From contig JALQXX010000005.1 in the NCBI GenBank assembly GCA_023262965.1, positions 1 to 59,857 on the forward strand: a stretch of DNA of 59,857 bases, read 5' to 3'. Position numbers and translations under genes: made by a program. Positions 30,241-39,961 of the stretch are shown one piece after another (the first letter of the stretch is position 1; every line of letters starts with the position of its first letter). This stretch comes from Candidatus Marinamargulisbacteria bacterium. Its GTDB lineage: Bacteria > Margulisbacteria > Marinamargulisbacteria > UBA817. The notes under the pieces are model-generated. The model made no database searches. It was given only the letters and a program-made list of their open reading frames with translations, and was not told the DNA's origin.

Positions 30241-31137
30241 TTAAAAACCACGCCGTCTAGAGAATTGGGTAAGCGGATACGTCCGTACCACCTGGCTACT
30301 GCTTGATTCGAATTCGATCGGATCGGGTGACTGCAATCCACGATTGGACAACTCGGCATCGGGCTGGCTGTCACGGCGACCGTCCAGCAGCTGATTGTCT
30401 GAAACACCCGTCCACAGCTCACGAAGATCATCTGGAATATCTATGTAAATACCATCATCGTGATGGGGGTTATTGCTGAATGACCCTGGCTGATCCGGCA
30501 ACACATTACTGGGAGCCGGCAGCTGATTTGCCGAGGGCAACGGACCGTTTTCATGCGGAGGGGGTGTGTCTTCAATTATAATATTGGTATTAATGGTGGC
30601 ATAAAACAATAAAATTATGCATAAACAACCAAGTAATGCACCCATTGAGACAGCGATTAAAAAAGTCAAATAAATGATCGAGTCAAAATCTGCTTTATGA
30701 TAATCCGCATATGTTCCATCTTTAGGCAAATCATTCAAATACTTAATGGCATCAATAAGCTTAAGCAAAAATACCCGCGTATTTTGAATAAGCGCGACGG
30801 TGTCGCCATAAGCCACTTTTTTAAACGTCAATTGACTATCGATACCATTTTTTTCTGATGGCGCCACATTTGCTGCGTTTTGCAAGCTAGCCTCATTGGC
30901 TCTCAACGCAACGTGTTTTACAGAAACAGGAAAGGCAATTTTCAATGCTTGTTGATGATTTTGCACAGGAAACACCGGTTGTGGGGCCTGGTGGCGATTG
31001 TGAATCGAATGCTCTGCACCAAGCGTGCGATCCCTATTATGTGAACGCTGTGCCGATGATATATTCGAGGACCCTGTCCCCATTCCACCAAAAGCAGCAT
31101 GTGCTGTCAAACCGATAATAGATACCTGTCTAATCAT
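30241..31137 (-). CDS. Hypothetical single-pass membrane protein with a disordered Pro/Asp-rich tail
   Basis: 298-aa ORF with AAGGAG RBS and one TM segment (IIYLTFLIAVSMGALLGCLCIILLF). Confidence 0.65.
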   Translation of the reverse strand: MIRQVSIIGLTAHAAFGGMGTGSSNISSAQRSHNRDRTLGAEHSIHNRHQAPQPVFPVQNHQQALKIAFPVSVKHVALRANEASLQNAANVAPSEKNGIDSQLTFKKVAYGDTVALIQNTRVFLLKLIDAIKYLNDLPKDGTYADYHKADFDSIIYLTFLIAVSMGALLGCLCIILLFYATINTNIIIEDTPPPHENGPLPSANQLPAPSNVLPDQPGSFSNNPHHDDGIYIDIPDDLRELWTGVSDNQLLDGRRDSQPDAELSNRGLQSPDPIEFESSSSQVVRTYPLTQFSRRRGF

Positions 31138-31140
31138 TAC

Positions 31141-31260
31141 AACTCCTTTTGTAATTTTTAAAAAAAATAAACAATAAGCTTGAAAATGTCAATATAAAAA
31201 AGCTCCTTTTTTAATTTTTAAAAACAATAAACAATAAACTTAAAAATGTCAATATACAAA
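31141..31260 (-). repeat. Tandem 60-bp duplication of a sigma70-type promoter plus RBS
   Basis: 31141-31200 vs 31201-31260 are 54/60 identical. On the minus strand each has TTGACA-N17-TATT(T/G)T and AAAGGAG. Confidence 0.9.
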
Positions 31261-31348
31261 TGGATCATTTAAATCGTGCCCCCTATGATCAAACCGCCGA
31301 TTAACATATTTACAACCCCCCCTCTGATACGGTATTATCTCTAGTATT

Positions 31349-31579
31349 ATGGCTAGACAAGATCAATTAACCAAAAAACGAAAGCGTGTTGCAAACAATG
31401 TGTCGCATTCCAATCGGAAAACCAAGCGCATTCAACACATTAACCTTCAAACCAAGCGGTTTTACATTGAAGAGGAAAACCGTTGGGTCACATTACGGGT
31501 AACAACGCGTTCGATACGCACCATTTCAAAAATAGGACTAATGTCATTTGCTCGCAAACATGGCATAACGTGTTTATAG
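31349..31579 (+). CDS. rpmB: 50S ribosomal protein L28
   Basis: NNVSHSNRKTKR...NLQTKR motif. Confidence 0.95.
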   Translation: MARQDQLTKKRKRVANNVSHSNRKTKRIQHINLQTKRFYIEEENRWVTLRVTTRSIRTISKIGLMSFARKHGITCL

Positions 31580-31657
31580 TTTCGCCGTATACCGATTCTT
31601 ATATCCCATGCCAATGGCTTTTCTCTTAACTGCATTTCCGCCCCCTTTATTTAGGAT

Positions 31658-32761
31658 TTGGTATTTTTACTAATGACAACGGGTTTAATGCGTTTATTGT
31701 CACCCAATGGCCATTATATCACCGTTTTAAAGAATGAACGCCGATTCATATTTATCACAGCACTCTTTTTATTGTTATCGCTACTAACATCCCCCTACCC
31801 CTGGATTGCGCGCTGGTTGGGTTTTTTGGTGGCGGGCTATGCCACCGTTGCCAATGATTCGATTCAAACCATCGGTACATTTATTGCCTCCAATCGCAAT
31901 AAACCTTGGTGGCTGTTATGGATATTTATTGGCAGCATTTTTATACTAACAACCGTCTATTCATGGCTACATTACGCAGGCGATGTGTCCTATGGCCGAT
32001 TGGCCTCCAAAGGGTTTTCAGAAACCCCTGTATCCTTTTCATTTCTACAAGTAGCCGCGCCTGTTTTTCTGCTGATTTTAACCCGACTTAAAATGCCCGT
32101 ATCCACCACGTTTCTTATATTAACGGCATTTTCTACCAGTGCCACCAGCATTGAAAAAGTGCTCATGAAAAGCCTACTGGGTTACGGATTGGCATTTGGT
32201 ATTGCATTCATAACATGGATCAGTATCTCGCATATCATTCATTGGTATTCAACGGGTCCAGCCAATCCGCTGTGGCGAATCGCGCAATGGTTTAGTACAG
32301 GCGTATTGTGGTCGGTCTGGCTGATGCAGGATGCGGCTAACATTGCGGTGTATTTACCACGTCAGCTATCTTTATATGAACTGGTTTGGTTTATAACCCC
32401 TATTTTTTTGGGATTGGGATTTATGTTATTTAAAGGCGGGGCAGCGATTCAAACCATTGTTGAAGAAAAATCCCGTGTTCACGATGTCCGATCCGCCACC
32501 CTTATCGATATTGTTTTTACAGTTATTTTATTTTACTTCAAAATTCATTCCAACATACCCATGAGCACCACATGGGTATTTTTAGGCTTGTTGGCTGGAC
32601 GTGAAATCGCAATGAGCCTTCGAAATGTATCCCACAAGTCCCTTAAACAGGCACTGGGCATGTGCTCTCAGGACGTCTTTAAAGCCGTATTTGGCCTGAT
32701 TATATCGTTGCTTATTGCCATTGGTTGCAATAGTGCCATGCGCGAAGCGCTTTTTGGGTAA
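31658..32761 (+). CDS. PiT-like (phosphate/sulfate permease-related) membrane protein
   Basis: Duplicated ANDSIQT...MPVSTT and QDAANIA...PMSTT signatures; start uncertain. Confidence 0.65.
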   Translation: MVFLLMTTGLMRLLSPNGHYITVLKNERRFIFITALFLLLSLLTSPYPWIARWLGFLVAGYATVANDSIQTIGTFIASNRNKPWWLLWIFIGSIFILTTVYSWLHYAGDVSYGRLASKGFSETPVSFSFLQVAAPVFLLILTRLKMPVSTTFLILTAFSTSATSIEKVLMKSLLGYGLAFGIAFITWISISHIIHWYSTGPANPLWRIAQWFSTGVLWSVWLMQDAANIAVYLPRQLSLYELVWFITPIFLGLGFMLFKGGAAIQTIVEEKSRVHDVRSATLIDIVFTVILFYFKIHSNIPMSTTWVFLGLLAGREIAMSLRNVSHKSLKQALGMCSQDVFKAVFGLIISLLIAIGCNSAMREALFG

Positions 32762-32832
32762 CCAACGGTGATCCCATGGCGTTTGATCCGGGCACGGGCC
32801 CTCAGATAGAGTAACAAAATGAAGATAAACCT

Positions 32833-33552
32833 ATGGCTAATTTTGTTTTTTCGTCATTTTTATATGCCCAGTTTGATAACGGACTCCATCTTAGCGCAAT
32901 GATGGGCTGTTCTTTTTCAGGCCGATCGCCGTTGCAAATTCAATTGGCTGATGGGCGACGTGAGTCCATATCCGCAGACTACAACAACCGATGTGTTGAT
33001 GATTCGCATTGGTGGTCGTTTCGGCTTGAAAACTGGCAGAATCAATCTGCCTGGGGACTGGAAATCACGCATCACAAAATATACTTAAAAAACACAACCG
33101 ATTTGATTGAGTCCTTTAGTATATCCGATGGTTATAATTTGATTTTATTTAATTTAGCCAAGCAGTATGGCCGCGTCAATTACCGTGTGGGAATAGGGGC
33201 TGTGTTGGGTCACGTTGACGTTACCATTGCGGGTAGAGAGCGCTTTATTCGTAAAGGGCTCGACGGCTACTATCTAACGGGCCCGGCCTTTCAGCTAAAC
33301 GTTGAACGCATTCTTTGGGAATCCGATTATCATTTTATTAGTTTGGATTCAAAATTTACCGCGGCTTACGCCAAAGTTGCCGTTTCAGCCAATCGAGACG
33401 AGTACGCTGTTGCCCCAGATTTTGCGGTTCATATGAGTTTAGCCGTTGGCTCCAAGCCAGCTCGATTACAAAACAAACCATGGCTATACGGACTCCCCCT
33501 TGTTTATCCGCGTATTGTTGGGGCGTTTCTAGGTACCGGTTTACTGCCTTAA
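32833..33552 (+). CDS. Outer-membrane beta-barrel-like protein (true start may be 32819 across a 1-nt frameshift)
   Basis: Amphipathic beta-strand pattern (WGLEITHHKIYL, FSISDGYNLILFN). Confidence 0.55.
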   Translation: MANFVFSSFLYAQFDNGLHLSAMMGCSFSGRSPLQIQLADGRRESISADYNNRCVDDSHWWSFRLENWQNQSAWGLEITHHKIYLKNTTDLIESFSISDGYNLILFNLAKQYGRVNYRVGIGAVLGHVDVTIAGRERFIRKGLDGYYLTGPAFQLNVERILWESDYHFISLDSKFTAAYAKVAVSANRDEYAVAPDFAVHMSLAVGSKPARLQNKPWLYGLPLVYPRIVGAFLGTGLLP

Positions 33553-33593
33553 ATCTTGCTTACGTGACCGATATTGTCGTATAATCATTTACC

Positions 33594-34256
33594 ATGGGAC
33601 AGTCAAACACAGTCATTATCAAACCTCATGCGCGGCGTCGACAGTATGCGCTTGAAATTGACGCAACCGGTGCGGTTATTGTCCGAACCCCTGCCCGACC
33701 AATTCGATCAACCATTCAACGCATTCTTGCCGACCATTCCGATTGGATTCAATTGCAGAAAACACGTGTGGCCCAAAAAACCCGTCATTTATCGGATTGG
33801 CACTCTGATAATCATGTCGCATACCGGGGCACCCTATACCCGATTGGGGTGACAAAAACCGCTGCAATCACCGTATCCACTAATGGTATTTTATTACCCC
33901 AATCGGTATCCAAATCCGCATTTATTGCCAAATACGCCCGCCTGTATTTGCCGCAACGCTGCTATGATATTGCCCATAGCATGCAGGTATCCGTATCCAA
34001 AATTCGCATTCGGCACATGCGCTCCTGTTGGGGAACCTGCCATCGTAATCACAGTATTACACTCAACCAAGCACTCATCCATGTCCCCGATTGGGTCAGT
34101 GATTATGTGATGATTCATGAATGTGCCCATCGCATCCATTTTAACCATTCGCTTGAATTTTGGAATCTGGTCAAGACATATACAGACCGCGTATCTGAAG
34201 CCAAAAAATGGCTACGCTATCATCAACCGGTTTTGTTAAAGCCCCTACCCAAATAA
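33594..34256 (+). CDS. YgjP/DUF45 (SprT-like) zinc metalloprotein
   Basis: MRSCWGTC and YVMIHECAH..HFNHSLEFW motifs. Confidence 0.9.
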   Translation: MGQSNTVIIKPHARRRQYALEIDATGAVIVRTPARPIRSTIQRILADHSDWIQLQKTRVAQKTRHLSDWHSDNHVAYRGTLYPIGVTKTAAITVSTNGILLPQSVSKSAFIAKYARLYLPQRCYDIAHSMQVSVSKIRIRHMRSCWGTCHRNHSITLNQALIHVPDWVSDYVMIHECAHRIHFNHSLEFWNLVKTYTDRVSEAKKWLRYHQPVLLKPLPK

Positions 34257-35395
34257 CGCTTTTCCATACATTCATTATACACGCCTTCCAAAACCTGGCC
34301 GGTATGTGTATGTAAAAATCGCATCCCGTCTTGGGACGCTTGCTGCGCCAACCGTTTTTGAAAATCCGGAACTGTCAACCATTGACGAATAGCGTCGACA
34401 TAGGCATCGATGTTGTCCGGGGTCAATATGCCTGACACACCCGATACCACCACATCTTTAATTCCCATTTCATCCAGCCCAATCACCGGCGTGCCACACA
34501 TAATGGATTCAACTGCCGTTAATCCCTGCGTTTCCGTTTTTGACGGAAATAACATGATATCGGCTGCATAATACGCCGCAAACACATCCGGCTTTGGTAA
34601 ATACCCCGTCAGTGTCACATAATCCGCCAACCCCTGTTTCTGTATTATTTTTTCAACATTTTTTCGTTCTGGTCCATCCCCTACAATAATTAAATGCACC
34701 GGAAACGCGTCATTTCGCAAGCGAATCAAGGCATCTATTAAAAAATAGATATTTTTTTCAATACTGACGCGTCCCACAAACAACGCATTCACATGGTTTG
34801 GTTTACAGTATTGAGCCGTGAATCCCGCCACATCCACCGATGACTCTGTGAGCATATTAATTCCACTAGGAATGACATGAATGGGTTTATGAACCCCATA
34901 CGATTCCAATAATGGCTTCATGGGCTGTGTGGGGACAATGACCGCATCACAGCGATTGCAAAATCGTTTGGATTCTTTTTTGGCATACGTGTAGAGATAT
35001 CGTTTGGGTAGTATGGGCACATAGTGAATGTATTTTTCAAAGCATGTGTGGTACGTGTGTACAACGGGAACCCCCAACCATGCCGCAACCCGAAGCCCGC
35101 CATACCCCATTGTAAACGGCGTATGGATATGAATAATATCCAACTTCAACGATTGAATCTTTTTAAACTGGGGATGAAACGGCCATGCCAACCGATACTC
35201 CTTTTGAAATGGGTATACCACGGAGGGAAACCGCCACACCTGATCCGTTGATGGTACAGCCGGTTGTACATTGGAACAAAACACATACACGCTATGCCGA
35301 TCCTTTAAGTAATCCATTGCCGACTGAATACTGGTCACGACACCATTAATCTGAGGGGCAAAGGTATCCGTAAAGAATCCTATTTTCATAAACAT
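34223..35395 (-). CDS. GT4 glycosyltransferase, monoglycosyl-diacylglycerol synthase-like
   Basis: FTDTFAPQINGVVTS, HIHTPF, HTYHT and SKTETQGL motifs. Confidence 0.85.
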   Translation of the reverse strand: MFMKIGFFTDTFAPQINGVVTSIQSAMDYLKDRHSVYVFCSNVQPAVPSTDQVWRFPSVVYPFQKEYRLAWPFHPQFKKIQSLKLDIIHIHTPFTMGYGGLRVAAWLGVPVVHTYHTCFEKYIHYVPILPKRYLYTYAKKESKRFCNRCDAVIVPTQPMKPLLESYGVHKPIHVIPSGINMLTESSVDVAGFTAQYCKPNHVNALFVGRVSIEKNIYFLIDALIRLRNDAFPVHLIIVGDGPERKNVEKIIQKQGLADYVTLTGYLPKPDVFAAYYAADIMLFPSKTETQGLTAVESIMCGTPVIGLDEMGIKDVVVSGVSGILTPDNIDAYVDAIRQWLTVPDFQKRLAQQASQDGMRFLHTHTGQVLEGVYNECMEKRYLGRGFNKTG

Positions 35396-35431
35396 AGTAT
35401 ATATTATTTACTTCTGTGTAACCATAAATGT

Positions 35432-36457
35432 ATGATGACAGTCATGAAACCAATACGCATCCATATAATCGCCGAAGCGTTCGTGGGAAAAGCCAACGGT
35501 GTTACAACCGCCATCCTTGAATTAATGGATGCCTTAAAAAACGATCCGAACTACACCGTGGTTGATCGTATTGAGGACGCCGACGTTATTCACGCTCACA
35601 CAATTGGATTGGATTACATGCGTTTATCGGGACGCTATCGCAATAAATTGATTGTGTCCGCCCATGTGGTACCCGATTCATTTGATGGCAGCTTGCGTTT
35701 GAGTCGTTTATGGCGGCCCTTGGCCACTATGTACCTACGCTTAGCGTACAATCGTGCACAAACCGTTATTGCTGTTTCCCCCACGGTTAAAACCGTTCTT
35801 GAACGGATCGGTGTTCGCACCCCCATACAGGTTTTATGCAACAGTGTGGACCGTCAAAAATTTAAGCCCAGTACACCCCTTCGCAATACATTTCGTCAAA
35901 AATACGGTATTACTGATGCCTTTGTGGTCAGTTGCATGGGTCAAATTCAACCCCGAAAAGGCATCTATGATTTCATTCAAACCGCGCGATTATGCCCCGA
36001 CATTCAGTTTATGTGGGTTGGTGGCACTCCTTTTAAAGGCCTAACAGCTGACTATAATAAACTCAAAAAAGCCATCAAAAACGCCCCAAAAAATATTATC
36101 TTTACTGGCATTGTTGATTTTGATGATATGCCAGGATACTATGCCATGTCCGACGTATTTTTTATGCCCTCTTACCACGAAAACTTTGCATTTGCGACCA
36201 TCGAAGCCAGTGCGGTACACTTGCCGTTGCTACTTCGCGACAATCCCGAATACCCCTCATCCCTATTCACCCACTACCTCAAAGCCACAACCGTTGCCGG
36301 TTTTTGTGATGCGCTAACGTCATTAAAAAACGACCCGGATTGTTTGAGTCATTGGCAAAATGAATCCAATCAACTCGCCGAAACCTACAGTCGTGATGCC
36401 TATATGACTCATATCAAAAAAGCCTACGCTCACATCGTATCGGGATCCATTCAATAA
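35432..36457 (+). CDS. GT4 glycosyltransferase, CpoA/diglycosyl-diacylglycerol synthase-like
   Basis: HAHTIG, AHVVPDS, GQIQPRKG and PSYHENF motifs. Confidence 0.8.
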   Translation: MMTVMKPIRIHIIAEAFVGKANGVTTAILELMDALKNDPNYTVVDRIEDADVIHAHTIGLDYMRLSGRYRNKLIVSAHVVPDSFDGSLRLSRLWRPLATMYLRLAYNRAQTVIAVSPTVKTVLERIGVRTPIQVLCNSVDRQKFKPSTPLRNTFRQKYGITDAFVVSCMGQIQPRKGIYDFIQTARLCPDIQFMWVGGTPFKGLTADYNKLKKAIKNAPKNIIFTGIVDFDDMPGYYAMSDVFFMPSYHENFAFATIEASAVHLPLLLRDNPEYPSSLFTHYLKATTVAGFCDALTSLKNDPDCLSHWQNESNQLAETYSRDAYMTHIKKAYAHIVSGSIQ

Positions 36458-36489
36458 TCTCAAGGCGATCACCGTGTATCAAAAACAAC

Positions 36490-36565
36490 TGGAGCTCTCG
36501 AGCGGGATTGAACCGCTGACCTCATCCTTACCATGGATGCGCTCTACCAACTGAGCTACGAGAGC
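36490..36565 (-). tRNA. tRNA-Thr(GGT)
   Basis: GCTCTCGTAGCTCAGTTGGTAGAGCGCATCCATGGTAAGGATGAGGTCAGCGGTTCAATCCCGCTCGAGAGCTCCA; cloverleaf with encoded CCA. Confidence 0.97.
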
Positions 36566-36639
36566 CAATACTATATACACAATAGTAATCTATTCATGAA
36601 ATCGAATCAAGGGATTGCGTCATTTGACACCAAAATCAA

Positions 36640-38439
36640 TTAGGGCAACACCGAGATTAAATGCTTTTTGATCATCGACTTCCCGCCATTTGGCCGGATT
36701 GTTACTACCAAGGAATACACCCCATTTGGCACCACACTGCCTGACGCATCGCGACCATCCCAAACAAAAAAGGGGGTCCTGCCAGGAACAACATTCTGGG
36801 TACCCGAGGCGACAACATAACCATACCGCGTATATAACCGGTAATCCAACTGCCCCGTTCGTGTCTCCATAACCTGACACGTTGATACAGCCGCTTGACT
36901 GCGGTACCATGGATTGGGGTAACACAATGGGGTATTGGCCCCATAATCAAACACCATGGAATCCAATTCATCGAGGGGGGGGCTATCCGCTACCCTTAAA
37001 AAATCCAATGCTTTTTCAACATTGATGATGCCATAGCCGTATTTTGAATCTCGATGCCCATTATTTGCCGCAGATATGTGAAACAATCGACGCAATTCCG
37101 ATGGGGATAGTGGCTGATTTTTTTGGCGATAGTAATCTAAAATCAAAGCGGCCGCGCCTGAAACCATCGGGGCGGCCATTGATGTTCCTGACATTTTAAT
37201 ATAATATTGGTTGCTGTTTAATTGCTCTTGGCCCGGAATAGACGCACTTAAAACATCTCCACCCACTGCCATAACATCCAATGTATTGCCATAATTGCTA
37301 AAATACGACACCCCCCCATACGAATTCACGGATCCAACACTGAAGGCACTATCATAGTACGCCGGCGCAGCTTTTACTGTATCAATATTACTGGCCTCAT
37401 TGCCTGCCGCCGCCACCACAAACACCCCACCTTTAAACGCCCGATCAACCGCATCCTGAAAAATAACATCCTCATCACCACCAAAACGCCCGCCCAAACT
37501 CATATTAATAATGTCCGCATTATTGGTAACTGCATAATTAATCGCACGAACAATGTCATCCGTATTGCCCACAGCAGTCATTTCCTGATCCGTAGGGTCC
37601 TTGATAACAAACATCGCCCGCAATGGTAGTATTGTGGCATTGTATGCAACACCCGAAATGCCTTTTCCATTTACCGATGCGCCTACAATTCCCGAAACAT
37701 GGGTGCCATGCCCATTAAAATCTTCTGGGAAGGCATCTCTGGTTGTGTAGTCTTCATAATCAACCAGTATCCCTTCGCTTGAATATTGGCTATACTCCAA
37801 AGGCGACAAGTCAACAAAGTCGTATGACGCATCCAACCGCGTACAGTTGGTTGTATCCATGGTTTGATTCGCTATATCAATCGCCGCCGAGCCATTGCAA
37901 AATTCCTCGTGATTGGCATAAATCCCTGTATCAATAACCGCTACACGAATACCCGCACCCGTGGCATATTGCCACGCATTGGGAATACCCATTACATCAA
38001 ATGCCATTGATTGATACTCCGTATACAGCGGTTCCATCCCCGCTGTTGAAATGGTTTTGTACCGATAATTGGGTTGAAAATGAACAAACCCATCCAATGT
38101 GCGGACCGCCTCTTGGAACGCCTCTTTTTGATCATCCGTCACATCAATTAAATACGTATACTGCGGCACCCGAGTCGATGCACCGGATTGTTGAAGCGTA
38201 GACACGCGCAAGCCATCATCGTACCGATCAAAGAGCTCAACAATAGCCACCCCATACGCCTCTAAAAGCGAACTAGCCTGTGCTATCTGGGCCGACATGG
38301 CCCCCGAAACGGTGGCAGACGAAACCGACTTTCCCGATTCGTACAGGGGGTGGGTCAATACCAAAAAATACGATTGACCCGACCCATACAAAAAAACATG
38401 CATTCCTAAAATGAATGCGATGAATCCCCGACGAATCAA
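36640..38439 (-). CDS. S8 subtilase with C-terminal FlgD-Ig-like domain
   Basis: Triad VAVIDTG / GHGTHVSG / SGTSMAAP; C-terminal YPNP...WDGRDASG..VPNGVY. Confidence 0.9.
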   Translation of the reverse strand: MIRRGFIAFILGMHVFLYGSGQSYFLVLTHPLYESGKSVSSATVSGAMSAQIAQASSLLEAYGVAIVELFDRYDDGLRVSTLQQSGASTRVPQYTYLIDVTDDQKEAFQEAVRTLDGFVHFQPNYRYKTISTAGMEPLYTEYQSMAFDVMGIPNAWQYATGAGIRVAVIDTGIYANHEEFCNGSAAIDIANQTMDTTNCTRLDASYDFVDLSPLEYSQYSSEGILVDYEDYTTRDAFPEDFNGHGTHVSGIVGASVNGKGISGVAYNATILPLRAMFVIKDPTDQEMTAVGNTDDIVRAINYAVTNNADIINMSLGGRFGGDEDVIFQDAVDRAFKGGVFVVAAAGNEASNIDTVKAAPAYYDSAFSVGSVNSYGGVSYFSNYGNTLDVMAVGGDVLSASIPGQEQLNSNQYYIKMSGTSMAAPMVSGAAALILDYYRQKNQPLSPSELRRLFHISAANNGHRDSKYGYGIINVEKALDFLRVADSPPLDELDSMVFDYGANTPLCYPNPWYRSQAAVSTCQVMETRTGQLDYRLYTRYGYVVASGTQNVVPGRTPFFVWDGRDASGSVVPNGVYSLVVTIRPNGGKSMIKKHLISVLP

Positions 38440-39075
38440 TTACTTGACGTTAGCGTACAACTCCGAAATAAATCGTGATTGCAACTCAAAAGGCACATCC
38501 GTTAGCGTTGGTAACGAAATTAGCTTTCCGGTATCCTGGCCCTTACTCCCTTCCAAACGCTCCAAAAATTCGGGCAAAGGCAATGTTGGCTCTTTTTTCA
38601 AGATCTCGTATTTGACCGTTTTATACATGGTCTCGCTCAACGATACTTCCTGACCAATCGAAACAACGGCCGATGGACGATCCAAAATAACCCCGTCAAC
38701 ACGAACATGACGATGAACCACCATTTGCCGAGCCTCAGGCAGGCTTCGGGCAAATCCCAAACGAAATACCAGATTGTCTAATCGGGTTTCTAACAACGAA
38801 AATAAGCGATCCGTCCAGTTCACCACATTACCTTGTTTGGCGTCTTTTACAAAACGACGGAACTGCTTTTCTCGTATATTATAATGAAACAACACTTTTT
38901 GCTTTTCAGCTAAACGAACCGCATACTCGGTGGGACGACGACGCATTTGGCCATGGTGTCCGGGAGGATAGTTCCGCTTGGTTAAGGCTCCGGGCTTACC
39001 CAAACCAGGCAGCTCAATACCCAACCGTCGTTGTTTTTTAAACTTTGATACTTTTACTTTCGATTTACCGCTCAC
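38440..39075 (-). CDS. rpsD: 30S ribosomal protein S4
   Basis: PPGHHG, EKQK and LETRLDNLVFRLGFA motifs. Confidence 0.97.
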   Translation of the reverse strand: MSGKSKVKVSKFKKQRRLGIELPGLGKPGALTKRNYPPGHHGQMRRRPTEYAVRLAEKQKVLFHYNIREKQFRRFVKDAKQGNVVNWTDRLFSLLETRLDNLVFRLGFARSLPEARQMVVHRHVRVDGVILDRPSAVVSIGQEVSLSETMYKTVKYEILKKEPTLPLPEFLERLEGSKGQDTGKLISLPTLTDVPFELQSRFISELYANVK

Positions 39076-39193
39076 AATATCTCCTTATTTTAATACTATT
39101 GTGTATGTATTAAACCGCTGTTACATAGGGTTTGTCAACCACTCCATTCAACACCTATTTTTTATGCGCATTCCAAGCTACAATAATGAGCGT

Positions 39194-39961
39194 ATGACCA
39201 GAACATTAACAATCATTGGATGTGGCTACCTGGGACATCATTTTCTGCGTCAGTTTGGGCATCGCTTTTCCAACATTGTGACAACATCCAAAGCATCTTT
39301 TCCGGAATTTCCTGTTTCACATCATCATTTTTTTGATCTGTATTCATCGACCCGCCTACCCATTGCATCCGATTGGTGCCTGATTAGTATACCCTTTTCA
39401 CGTCAATTAGCAGATCCTTGGGCCTATCCCCATGGACTGCAACAACTTGTCCCACAAATATCTCAAAAAACCGCTATTGTGTTTATTAGTTCAACCAGTA
39501 TTTATCCCTGCATAAACAACTGGGTTACGGAGTCCAGTCAAACCGACATCACTAACCGTGCACGCGCCTTACGCGCAGCCGAACAAGCCATTGAAACCCA
39601 TCCAACTCGATCCATTATTTTACGAGCGGCAGGCCTTTGTGGATACAATCGCTACAGTCGCATGACACCTGCTGTACCCAATGCGAATGCCCCGGTCAAT
39701 CTCATTCATATTGACGATCTCAATCATTTTATATGGCACCTAATGGTCAATCCACCCGCACAATCGGACATTATTAACGTGTGTTGCCCCGAGCATCCCA
39801 CTAAAGCCGATTATTATCGCTATCAATGCGCGCATTTAAACACCCCTCCTCCCTCATTTTTGGAAAGTGATGCCCCCTTTAAACGTGTTGATACAACCAA
39901 AATGACGATGCACTACGCCTTCACCCCACACTACAGCTCGCCGCTGCAGTTTCCATTATGA
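39194..39961 (+). CDS. Atypical SDR/NAD(P)-binding protein (YeeZ-like)
   Basis: IIGCGYLG, FISSTSIY and VNLIHIDD; ATG 39194 preferred because the longer ORF overlaps rpsD. Confidence 0.8.
   Translation: MTRTLTIIGCGYLGHHFLRQFGHRFSNIVTTSKASFPEFPVSHHHFFDLYSSTRLPIASDWCLISIPFSRQLADPWAYPHGLQQLVPQISQKTAIVFISSTSIYPCINNWVTESSQTDITNRARALRAAEQAIETHPTRSIILRAAGLCGYNRYSRMTPAVPNANAPVNLIHIDDLNHFIWHLMVNPPAQSDIINVCCPEHPTKADYYRYQCAHLNTPPPSFLESDAPFKRVDTTKMTMHYAFTPHYSSPLQFPL

Noticed and set aside
36490-36565. tRNA genes as integration sites (also 54244-54317 and 56752-56827)
   Set aside because: No duplicated tRNA 3' ends or integrase noticed in the window.
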